Shown: piece after piece, positions 28,301 through 36,912 of the stretch
Position numbering within the stretch: the first letter of the stretch is position 1
Layout of the letters: each line of letters opens with the position of its first letter
NCBI GenBank assembly: GCA_045535815.1
Contig: JAZSMJ010000034.1
Location: forward strand, 648-64,647
Reading direction: 5' to 3'
Length of the DNA: 64,000 nucleotides
From: Eubacteriales bacterium
GTDB taxonomy: Bacteria; Bacillota; Clostridia; Oscillospirales; CAG-272
Notes under the pieces: model-generated
Seen by the model: the letters and a program-made list of their open reading frames with translations, nothing else
Database searches by the model: none
Told to the model about the DNA's origin: nothing
Position numbers and translations under genes: made by a program

Positions 28301-29400
28301 TACTTCTTACGCCCAACTGGCTGATAGACGATAACGGCGAGCTTATATATGAGAATATGTCTTATATCGCTCCGCTTCTTGACGAGGTCAAGCGCCAGGG
28401 CTTTAAGTGTATTCTTTGTTTGCATCCAGAGGAGGGCTTCAAGGGTACGTATATGAGCACTAATGCTCTAAAGGACGGCACTTTTGGCGAGCTTCTCAAC
28501 TTCTATCAGGATATCTCCGCATACATAGTTGAGAATTGGGGCACCGACTTTATCGCACTTCAGCTTATGACCGAGCCTAACTCCAATTCCGGCACTGTAC
28601 CGTGGGACTGGATAGCTGACAGACAGTGGGGCGCTGCGAGAAACGCCGCTCCCGATCTTATGCTCATTACAAGCTCTGACGACTACGGCAACTTCGAAAG
28701 ATTAAAGGTTATGTCACCTGTATTCGACTATAACCTCGTTTATTCTTTCACCACATACGAGCCTTAGACGGTAGGTTTTAATAACTACACAAGAAGCTCC
28801 TTCTGGCCTTATCTCAAGGGCGTTATCTATCCCGTTCCTGAGGAAATGCCTCAGCGTGAGATCGTCAAGCTGATAGAAGAAAATATATCGGATGTTCCAA
28901 GAGACTTGAAGGAAGAGGCAAGGGGAACGCTTCGAAACTATTACCTTGGCAACATGGACAGCTGGAGAAGAAACTATTACGATTCACGTTATAATCTCGA
29001 TTGGCATATGCAAAGATGCGCTTCGATTCAGGAGTGGAATCAGGCAAACGGCGGAAATATTTATCTGATGGCGGTCGAGTTCGGATGCTCTGATACCAAA
29101 TATAATCAGGAAGTCCGCGAAAGAAAGGTGCGTGTTGAGGACTTCGGCATCAGCGACGAAACCAGACTTACCCTTATCGACCATCAGACGCAGTCGTTCG
29201 ATAAATACGGTATCGGCTGGTCGTATTGGTCGTATAACGAATATTTCCATATACTTGACACCTCCGTTCATGCATGGGGATACGACGGTGTGAAGGATAG
29301 GGATAAGAACACCTACGAAGGACTTTCGGGAGTGAGCATGACACCTGAGCAGTTCGCTAAATACGTAGACCGTGACCTTATAGACATTCTTATAAATTAA
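25327..29400 (+). pseudogene. Giant lipoprotein B, close paralog of A, interrupted by one in-frame TAG (28765-28767)
   Basis: ATG 25327 behind GGAGG. Lipobox IILTGC. ORFs 25270..28767 and 28846..29400 are in the same frame and separated only by TAG, where paralog A has Tyr (YEPY versus YEP*). The sequence downstream stays conserved (YPVPEE, LMAVEFGC, GIGWSYWSYNE). Confidence 0.7.
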
Positions 29401-29408
29401 ACCCAGAT

Positions 29409-29441
29409 AGCGGTCCTGCGAAAAAAGCAGGACCGCTTTTG
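29409..29441 (+). terminator. Intrinsic terminator after gene B
   Basis: AGCGGTCCTGC-GAAAAAA-GCAGGACCGCT, followed by TTTT. Confidence 0.85.
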
Positions 29442-29535
29442 TATGCAAAATGAGAAAATGAAAGTGCTTTAACAAATAAAGTAGATAAAACACAAAAAAT
29501 ATACAAAATGGTAAAAAATGCAAAGCAAAGTACTA

Positions 29536-29564
29536 TTGACCGCAGGGGTAAAAAATGTTATTAT
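29536..29564 (+). promoter_or_regulatory. SigA-type promoter TTGACC-17-TATTAT with TG extension
   Basis: TTGACC 29536-29541, TG-T-TATTAT 29556-29564, upstream of gene C. Confidence 0.55.
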
Positions 29565-29622
29565 ATTGATACGTAATTATCATTTTGATGTTAATTTGTG
29601 AAAAATATTTACGGAGGGTAAA

Positions 29623-32600
29623 ATGAATACGAATTTAGCAAAGAAATTACTGCTTATCCTTTGCATTTCGGTGTTGGTCTTCACGCTCTTTGTCGGATGT
29701 GATGGGGATACCGAGATTCCGGTAAGCGACGAGAGCGTTTCCGATAACGCAGAGGATACCACAGCAGATAATTCAGGAACTGAAGGATCCGAAAAGCCCA
29801 TAGAGGGTGCTTCGGTAATGATTACATATGACAGCGGACTCGAGGAAAGCTCGGGCAAGGCAGTTCTGCCTACAAGAGGAAAAGAAGGCGGCACGGTTGA
29901 GCTTTCAGACTGCTCATTCGTTAACTACGGCAAGATTTTTGCAGGCTGGAGCGACGGTACTAACGTTTATCCTGCAGGCTCGGAATTTGTCGTTCCGGTT
30001 GGCGGTGCTAATCTCACTGCTACCTGGAAGGACGGCGGTTCGGTTTTCGTTATAGATAACTGTGATTCCAATGACGGCTGGTGGGGCGTTTCTGAGGTTT
30101 ATAACGGAACCGAGGATGCAAAAGAGGGCAAGGGATACAATTATTCCACTCACCACGAAACCGTTATCTTCTGTAACGTTTTTGACGAGCCGATAGATCT
30201 GTCAAGCTTCAGAAGCACGGGCGTTATACATATGTGGCTTTGGATCGACAATATAGACAACGTAAGAACCAATTCGCCCGAGCTCGGACTTATCGAGCTG
30301 AATGACCCCGACGGCTTTGCATATTCAATGTCGGTAGCGACAGCAGGACTTCAGACGGGTTGGAATGAGGTTGCTCTTTCGTTCAAGGATGCGTTCAGAA
30401 AAGACGGCGATCTTTCAAACGTAGTTTCGTTCAGACTTTACCAGTACGTTACTGCCGAAACCACAATGAGAATGGACGGCTTTGAGGCGTGGATGCCTGA
30501 GGTTGCATGTACCGTTGAGTTTGGCGGAGAGTACGATTACGTTCTCGGAATGAAGGACGAAATGGTAATGGAGAACGTAAAGGAAACGGGTGACATAACC
30601 CTTCCCGAATGCGTTCTTGTAAGAAGAGGTCACACCTTCGCAGGCTGGAGTGACGGTACGAATACCTATGCGGCAGGCGATAAATATACAGTTCCCGAGG
30701 GCGGTATTAATTTCACAGCCGTATGGACGGCAAACGAAAAGAAAACTATAACGTACGACCTTGGCTCTGACAGCGAAAAATACGAAAGCTTCGAGGGCGA
30801 GTTCGTAACTCTTCCCACTCCTGCACCTAAGGACGGTAAGGTATTTGCAGGCTGGAGCCTTGATGACGTGGTTTACGGCGGCGGTACCTACTACATTATG
30901 GGTGATAAGGATATTACCTTTAAGGCTGAATGGAGAGATATAGATAACGTATCCCTTCTTTCCGATGCTATAGGAGCATGGGAGCTGACTGAAGGTGAAG
31001 GCGAGGCTATACCTTCAGCTATAGGCGGTAAGTCCCTCAAGTCCAAGTGGGCTGTATGGCTCAACTCCGAGACCTTCGGTCGTACTGCCGACTTCTCAAC
31101 AGAGGGCTCATACCTTCTCGCTGAGGATTCGGGCATAACCCTCAAGGATAGCTTTGCTATCTCCGCATGGGTTAAGGCACCGATACGTGAAAACACAAAC
31201 AGAGTTATCGTATCGTCTGACAGTGCGATCGAGACCGAATACGTAAATGAAAGCATATTTGCTGATGCCGATGCCACAAGAGGCTGGTGGAGCAATCACG
31301 ATATAACGGTAGGCGAGGGCGAAGCGGTTCAGGGTAAGGGTTACCTTCAGACAACCTCTAACGACGTTGCTATCTTCTGTGCATCCTTGCGCAACGTTGA
31401 CGCTACCGAATATATGGAAGGCGGAGCTATCAAGCTTTATCTTTACGTTGAAGATGACTCCAAGCTCGATATTGCATCGGGTGGAGAAATAGAGCTTTCG
31501 AGCGACGGCGGTCAGACCGCAACTGCATGGAGACTTCCCGCGCTTGTCGAGGGCTGGAATGAAATTATCATTCCTACAGAAGGACACAGCAGAAACGAAG
31601 CGAATATGTCCAAGATCAACTATATGAGAGTCTTCTATTACGTTTCCGCTGAGACAACACTGGGAATAGACGGCGTTTCCTTCCTCGGTACCAGCAAATC
31701 CGGCGGAGGTAACAGCTGGAAGATGTATATTGACGGCGAAAGCGGAGCTCTTGCGTTTGAGGCTGACGGTCTTGAAGGCGAAGTTCCGAGCAATGTTAAT
31801 ATAGTTGACGGCAAGTGGCATCACGTTATGACAACTCTCGATGGTGGCACTCTTACTTACTGGGTAGACGGCAAGTCTGTATCTACCGTATCGGTAAGCG
31901 GTGAGATATCGGTTGAAACGGACGATATCTACATAGGAAATATTGCATCGGGCACAGAGTGGTTTGACGGCTCTATGGCTCAAGTGCGTATATATGACAG
32001 CGCAAAGACTCCCGCAGAGGTTACTGCAACTACTATAGAGCCTTCCGATAACGAGGCTAAGGACGTTCGTCTTAAGATGAACAAGGGTACGCTTCTTGAG
32101 CGTCTCGGCTTCAGAACTGTCGGACGTATCGGCTATGAAGTATATCAGGAAGATCTCGAGTACCAGACTGTTGACGTTACGAATATAGACGCAGCAAAGA
32201 AGTTTGGCTTTGATTACGTTAAGCTTACGGTAACTCCCAACCATCTTATAGGAGATGACGGTGCGCTTATCGTTGAAAATATGACCTACGTTACACAGGA
32301 CGTAAATCTCATACTCGAGAGAGGACTTCCCGTTCTCTTCTGTCTGCATCCCGAGCCCGATTACAAGCCCACCTACCTTGGAAATCTCAACAACTTTGAG
32401 ATAATGATCAAGTGGTACGGCGAGTTTGCGGCGTATATCGGACAGCAGTGGTCTCCCGATGAGGTATCCATCCAGCTTATGACAGAGCCTCACGATAACA
32501 ACAGCTCTGTATCATGGACGTGGATGAGCGACAGAATGTGGGCTGCAGTCAGAAACGAGCTTCCCGATCACACCATAATCACAAGCTCCGATGCTGCAGG

Positions 32601-33300
32601 TAACATTGAAAGACTCAAGCTCATGTCTCCTGCAACTGACGATAACCTCGTATATTCATTTACGACCTACGAGCCTTACATGGTAGGCTTCGGTACTGCA
32701 AGAGACGGTATGAGCGGAAACGTTTCCTTCTTCAATTACCTTAAGGGCGTTCCGTATCCCGTACCCGAAGGACTTACTACCGAAGAAATAAATGCTATGG
32801 TAGAGGATATAACCTCTCTCGTTCCGTCCGAATATAAGAACGGTGCGGTAAATACCGTAAGAGCATACCTGAGAGGTCAGTTTGATGCAGATCCTCACTA
32901 CAAGAACCACTACGATATAGGCTATACGGCTGAGTGGAATATGACAAGAATGAACTCCCTCACCGATTGGAGCAATAAGTACGGCGGAAACATCCATATG
33001 ATGTGCGTTGAGTTCGGTTGTATGGATGACGTTACTGCTAAGAAGATGTTCGGTGCTGCAGATGGCTCAGGTGCGGCTGAGGATGCAAGAATCAATCTTG
33101 TTCACGATCTCAGAGAAGCGTTTGAGGCAAACGGTATCGGCTGGTCTTACTGGCTGTTCAACGGTGTATTTACAGTATTCAATCCCGAAACGAGAATTAT
33201 GGACGGTATTACCGACGATGCTTACATAGCTAAGCATTACGACCCCGAGCTTATTGAATACGCTCTCGGTCTTACCCCCGACTATTCTTGGGAAAAGTAA
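29623..33300 (+). CDS. Giant lipoprotein C (1225 aa): B-repeats + recurrent modules + split LamG + C-terminal GH5/clan GH-A-like domain
   Basis: Lipobox LFVGC. Three B-repeat units (IFAGWSDGTNVY, TFAGWSDGTNTY, VFAGWSLDDVVY). LamG halves flank an inserted module. The barrel has CLHPEPD, LMTEPHDN (Glu codon 32485-32487), FTTYEPY, MMCVEFGC and GIGWSYWLFNG. Confidence 0.85.
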   Translation: MNTNLAKKLLLILCISVLVFTLFVGCDGDTEIPVSDESVSDNAEDTTADNSGTEGSEKPIEGASVMITYDSGLEESSGKAVLPTRGKEGGTVELSDCSFVNYGKIFAGWSDGTNVYPAGSEFVVPVGGANLTATWKDGGSVFVIDNCDSNDGWWGVSEVYNGTEDAKEGKGYNYSTHHETVIFCNVFDEPIDLSSFRSTGVIHMWLWIDNIDNVRTNSPELGLIELNDPDGFAYSMSVATAGLQTGWNEVALSFKDAFRKDGDLSNVVSFRLYQYVTAETTMRMDGFEAWMPEVACTVEFGGEYDYVLGMKDEMVMENVKETGDITLPECVLVRRGHTFAGWSDGTNTYAAGDKYTVPEGGINFTAVWTANEKKTITYDLGSDSEKYESFEGEFVTLPTPAPKDGKVFAGWSLDDVVYGGGTYYIMGDKDITFKAEWRDIDNVSLLSDAIGAWELTEGEGEAIPSAIGGKSLKSKWAVWLNSETFGRTADFSTEGSYLLAEDSGITLKDSFAISAWVKAPIRENTNRVIVSSDSAIETEYVNESIFADADATRGWWSNHDITVGEGEAVQGKGYLQTTSNDVAIFCASLRNVDATEYMEGGAIKLYLYVEDDSKLDIASGGEIELSSDGGQTATAWRLPALVEGWNEIIIPTEGHSRNEANMSKINYMRVFYYVSAETTLGIDGVSFLGTSKSGGGNSWKMYIDGESGALAFEADGLEGEVPSNVNIVDGKWHHVMTTLDGGTLTYWVDGKSVSTVSVSGEISVETDDIYIGNIASGTEWFDGSMAQVRIYDSAKTPAEVTATTIEPSDNEAKDVRLKMNKGTLLERLGFRTVGRIGYEVYQEDLEYQTVDVTNIDAAKKFGFDYVKLTVTPNHLIGDDGALIVENMTYVTQDVNLILERGLPVLFCLHPEPDYKPTYLGNLNNFEIMIKWYGEFAAYIGQQWSPDEVSIQLMTEPHDNNSSVSWTWMSDRMWAAVRNELPDHTIITSSDAAGNIERLKLMSPATDDNLVYSFTTYEPYMVGFGTARDGMSGNVSFFNYLKGVPYPVPEGLTTEEINAMVEDITSLVPSEYKNGAVNTVRAYLRGQFDADPHYKNHYDIGYTAEWNMTRMNSLTDWSNKYGGNIHMMCVEFGCMDDVTAKKMFGAADGSGAAEDARINLVHDLREAFEANGIGWSYWLFNGVFTVFNPETRIMDGITDDAYIAKHYDPELIEYALGLTPDYSWEK
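32065..33297 (+). other. GH5/clan GH-A-like domain of protein C
   Basis: Same motif order as in A: FGFDYVKL, CLHPE, MTEPH, TYEPY, VEFGC, GWSYW. Confidence 0.6.
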
Positions 33301-33313
33301 TATAAAGTATAAT

Positions 33314-33344
33314 AAAAGTCTGAACGAATATCGTTCAGACTTTT
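33314..33344. terminator. Bidirectional intrinsic terminator between gene C and the convergent AraC gene
   Basis: AAAA-GTCTGAACGA-ATA-TCGTTCAGAC-TTTT. Confidence 0.85.
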
Positions 33345-33354
33345 GTTGTTTATG

Positions 33355-34227
33355 CTATTCATCAGAGGAGCTGTTTCTGTAATGCGTCGGGGAGCAACCG
33401 GTATAGTTCTTAAAAAATCTGCTGAAGGAATATACGTCTGAAAAGCCCAGCTTTTCGGAAAGTGCGGTTATAGAAAGCGAGGTATTCCTTAAGGCGCTCT
33501 TTATATATTCAATGCGTTTGCTCCTATAATATGATACGACGTTTTGATTGTAGATAGATTTGAATCTTCTCATTAAGGTATATTTATTGACGTAAAATTG
33601 ATTGGACAGGCTTTCGAGAGTAATAAGCGACAGATAGTTTCCGTCTATATATTCCTTGACCGCGATCGTTAGATCATGTGTCGCTTCAGCTTTTTCGCTT
33701 TTATTTATGTCAAACTGCGTCAGAACAACGTTTATAAGCTCCAGCATTTTGATTTTGCAGGTAAGCTCGTAATTATATCCCTTCTTTTGATATAGATCGA
33801 TTATTTCAAAGAACAGTCTTTGAAAGGTGTTGATATCATATGGAGTGAACACGGTTGGTATCGGGATATCTTTTAAGGTATCGTGCTGTATCAGACTGAG
33901 CTCTTCCGTTGACATTTCGCTTTTGCGCTTGAACGATACGTATCTTTTCTCACTGTCGTCGCTGTATGAGATATCAAAATGGATATGAGGCTGAATGAAA
34001 TTGCAGTTATCCACACATTCAAATCTGTGGGTAATACCGGGACGAAGAAAAACGATATTGTTTTTCTTGCAAAGGTGGCACTTACCGTCCACGTAGATAT
34101 TGCATTTGCCACCGGTTACAAAAATCATTTCATAGTCGAATATCACTCTGTCATTTATTGTAAACGGTGCAGTAAGGGTTGAAAGCATTGCAACTCTTAT
34201 ATGCGGAGAAAAAGCGTTTTTGTTCAT
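33355..34227 (-). CDS. AraC-family transcriptional regulator (cupin-like N-terminal sensor + 2 HTH)
   Basis: Start moved to ATG 34227 (MNKNAFS) behind AAGGAAGG. C-terminal LSITALSEKLGFSDVYSFSRFFKNYTGCSPTHYR. Confidence 0.9.
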   Translation of the reverse strand: MNKNAFSPHIRVAMLSTLTAPFTINDRVIFDYEMIFVTGGKCNIYVDGKCHLCKKNNIVFLRPGITHRFECVDNCNFIQPHIHFDISYSDDSEKRYVSFKRKSEMSTEELSLIQHDTLKDIPIPTVFTPYDINTFQRLFFEIIDLYQKKGYNYELTCKIKMLELINVVLTQFDINKSEKAEATHDLTIAVKEYIDGNYLSLITLESLSNQFYVNKYTLMRRFKSIYNQNVVSYYRSKRIEYIKSALRNTSLSITALSEKLGFSDVYSFSRFFKNYTGCSPTHYRNSSSDE

Positions 34228-34363
34228 GTGATCGCCTTCCTTTTCGGTGAAATGGTCAATAAATGACAAATTTTTTGATTGCTTTTGCTATTTTAAATGT
34301 TTGGCAATGCCGTCATAATTATAGCATAAATACGGATATTAATCAAGGAGTGTATAGAATATT

Positions 34364-35413
34364 ATGGATTTAGCTAAAATACAAAAATGGGAATCAAGGT
34401 CAATTTCTGCTGAAAACCTCAAGGGCGAAAAGGGAAAGGGAGGAATGGCTGATCACGGAACGGGTGAGAGCTGTGCTCGTGATCTCGGACGTGGATGGAA
34501 GGTATCCCCTTCTGTAGTTATTGCACCTGGCGAAATATTTGAGATGGCAAGGATCGATCAGGCAGGTATTATAAAGCATATATGGATAACGGACAGCTGT
34601 CCGCTCAACCGAAGGCTTATTATAAGAATGTATTGGGATGGAAGCGATACTCCATCGGTTGAAGCTCCACTCGGAGATTTTTTTGCCAGCGCAGAGCATC
34701 AGAAGTATACACAGCTTACTTCAATACCGGTCTGCGTAAATCCTAAGAGAGCCTTTAACTGTTATTGGGATATGCCCTTTTACAAGGGATGCAGAATAAC
34801 TATAGAAAATATTCACAGCGAAAAGGTTACGGTATATTATCAGGTGGATTACGTCGTGGGAGATGTTCCCGAGGGACTTGGATATTTCCATGCTCAGTTC
34901 AGAAGAGTGAATCCGCTTCCTTATAAAGAATGCTATACCATTCTCGATAACGTAGAGGGTAACGGTCATTACGTTGGCACCTATCTTTTCTGGGGGGTAA
35001 ACAACACCGGCTGGTGGGGAGAAGGTGAGATTAAGTTCTTCCTTGACGGCGATAAGGACTATCCCACTATATGCGGCACAGGCACCGAGGACTATTTTTG
35101 CGGATCGTGGAATTTTGATATTGGAGGAGGATATCAGGAATTCTGTACGCCCTATTCAGGACTTTCAAAGGTGATAAGACCGGACGGACTCTACAGCTCA
35201 CAGCAAAGATTCTCTTTGTACAGATGGCATATTACAGATCCTGTTTTCTTCAAAAAGGATATAAGGGTAACTATTCAGGCTCTGGGTTGGAGAAGCGAGG
35301 GGCGTTATCTGCCGTTGCAGGATGATATCTCCTCGGTTGCGTTCTGGTATCAGGACAGTATATGCAAGACCTTTCCCAAGCTTCCCGACGCTGACGGACT
35401 TGAGTTAATATGA
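34364..35413 (+). CDS. DUF2961 / glycoside hydrolase family 172-like protein
   Basis: WWGEGEIKFFLDGDKDYPTICGTGTEDYFCGSWNF and GIIKHIWIT match the DUF2961 hallmark as I remember it. No signal peptide. Confidence 0.75.
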   Translation: MDLAKIQKWESRSISAENLKGEKGKGGMADHGTGESCARDLGRGWKVSPSVVIAPGEIFEMARIDQAGIIKHIWITDSCPLNRRLIIRMYWDGSDTPSVEAPLGDFFASAEHQKYTQLTSIPVCVNPKRAFNCYWDMPFYKGCRITIENIHSEKVTVYYQVDYVVGDVPEGLGYFHAQFRRVNPLPYKECYTILDNVEGNGHYVGTYLFWGVNNTGWWGEGEIKFFLDGDKDYPTICGTGTEDYFCGSWNFDIGGGYQEFCTPYSGLSKVIRPDGLYSSQQRFSLYRWHITDPVFFKKDIRVTIQALGWRSEGRYLPLQDDISSVAFWYQDSICKTFPKLPDADGLELI

Positions 35414-35416
35414 TCT

Positions 35417-35449
35417 AAAAGCAGAAACGGTAACTCGTTTCTGCTTTTT
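35417..35449 (+). terminator. Intrinsic terminator
   Basis: AAAA-GCAGAAACG-GTAACT-CGTTTCTGC-TTTTT. Confidence 0.85.
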
Positions 35450-35459
35450 CATAGCAAAA

Positions 35460-35495
35460 AAACAGAACAAAATGGTAAATAAACAGAACAAAATG
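35460..35495 (+). promoter_or_regulatory. Two perfect 15-bp direct repeats AAACAGAACAAAATG spaced 21 bp start-to-start, abutting the -35 box; candidate activator (AraC-type) site
   Basis: Copies at 35460-35474 and 35481-35495. The promoter TTTACA starts at 35499. Confidence 0.5.
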
Positions 35496-35498
35496 TAC

Positions 35499-35527
35499 TT
35501 TACACTTTTTTTTACATATGATATAAT
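35499..35527 (+). promoter_or_regulatory. SigA-type promoter TTTACA-17-TATAAT
   Basis: TTTACA 35499-35504, TATAAT 35522-35527. Confidence 0.55.
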
Positions 35528-35562
35528 TTATTAAACTTTATCTTTTTTGTTTGGAGTATATT

Positions 35563-36831
35563 ATGAAAAAGGTCAGTGCTATTATAGTAGGAGCAGGAGC
35601 AAGAGGTATAGGTGCTTATGCGCCGTATGCCAAGATCCATCCCGAAAAGCTTGCAATAGTCGGCGTTGCAGATCCCGATGAAAACAAACGGAAGATACTC
35701 CGTGATACCTACGGCTTTAGCGAGGATATGTGCTTTGAGTCGTATGAGGAGCTTTTTAAGCGTGAAAGGCTTGCGGATGCAGTCATTATCTGCACCGGAG
35801 ATGCGATGCATTACGATCCGTCAAGACTTGCGGTCGAGCGTGGTTATCACGTTCTGCTTGAAAAGCCCATCTCTCCCGATCCTCTTGAGGTATACCGTAT
35901 AGGTAAGGTTGCAGAGAAGAGCGATAAGGTTTTCCTTATCTGCCACGTTTTAAGATATACGGCCTTTTTCCGGAAGATAAAAGAACTGATCGACGAGGGC
36001 AGAGTCGGCAGAATAATGTCGGTCATGCATAACGAGAACGTTCAGTTTCAGCATCAGGCGCACAGCTTTGTGCGTGGCAATTGGAGGAGTAGCAAGACCT
36101 CGTCTCCGATGATACTTGCAAAGTCCTGTCACGATATGGATATCCTATTATATTTGATAGGAAAGAATTGTAAAAAGGTTTCATCCTTCGGCTCGCTCGG
36201 ATATTTCAAAAAGGAAAATGCCCCTAAGGGTGCTCCCGACAGATGTACAGACGGATGTCCGTATGAAAACACCTGTCCGTACAATCCCCTCCGTATGTAT
36301 ACGGAGGGCGAGCTGAGGGGCTGGTGCGGTATCTTCGGATGCTCACCCGACGATCCTGCTTCCATGATAGAGGTGCTTAAGGTAAACGACTACGGCAGGT
36401 GCGTTTTCAGATGCGATAACGACGTTGTCGATCACCAGGTGGTCAGCATGGAATTTGAGGACGGTATCACCTGCGTGTTCACAATGAGCGCATTTACGCA
36501 GACCGGCTCGAGAACTATAAAGATAATGGGCACTCACGGTGAGATAGGTGCCAATATGTCCGAAAACGTGATAGTCGTCAAGGATTTTGCCAGTGGCAGC
36601 GTTGACACCATAAAGGTGCGTGAATCGGTATGGGGACACGGCGGCGGCGATCTGGGAATAACCGAATACTTCGTTAACGCCGTGAACGGCGGTGATCGCT
36701 CGATGACCTCTGCGCAGATCTCGGTGCAGTCGCATATGATGGCGTTTGCCGCAGAAAAATCGAGAGTTGAGGGCTGCACGGTGGATCTTGATAGGTTTAC
36801 AAAAGAGATCGCGGCACTCACCGAAAAATAA
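35563..36831 (+). CDS. Gfo/Idh/MocA-family NAD(P)-dependent oxidoreductase
   Basis: ATG 35563 behind GGAG. Rossmann IVGAGARGIGAY, EKP motif (VLLEKPIS), large C-terminal alpha/beta domain. Confidence 0.85.
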   Translation: MKKVSAIIVGAGARGIGAYAPYAKIHPEKLAIVGVADPDENKRKILRDTYGFSEDMCFESYEELFKRERLADAVIICTGDAMHYDPSRLAVERGYHVLLEKPISPDPLEVYRIGKVAEKSDKVFLICHVLRYTAFFRKIKELIDEGRVGRIMSVMHNENVQFQHQAHSFVRGNWRSSKTSSPMILAKSCHDMDILLYLIGKNCKKVSSFGSLGYFKKENAPKGAPDRCTDGCPYENTCPYNPLRMYTEGELRGWCGIFGCSPDDPASMIEVLKVNDYGRCVFRCDNDVVDHQVVSMEFEDGITCVFTMSAFTQTGSRTIKIMGTHGEIGANMSENVIVVKDFASGSVDTIKVRESVWGHGGGDLGITEYFVNAVNGGDRSMTSAQISVQSHMMAFAAEKSRVEGCTVDLDRFTKEIAALTEK

Positions 36832-36912
36832 GGATATATTTAATTTTTACATAAATATATTTAATGAGGAAACAACATTTGCCGTAAAATGATACGGCGG
36901 GAAGGAATTCAA

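Noticed and set aside
28765-28767. TAG as programmed recoding (pyrrolysine or readthrough) in paralog B.
   Set aside because: TAG is used as an ordinary stop elsewhere in the window (for example the genes ending at 695 and 14346). No pyl genes or recoding signal were seen. The paralog has an ordinary Tyr codon one substitution away.
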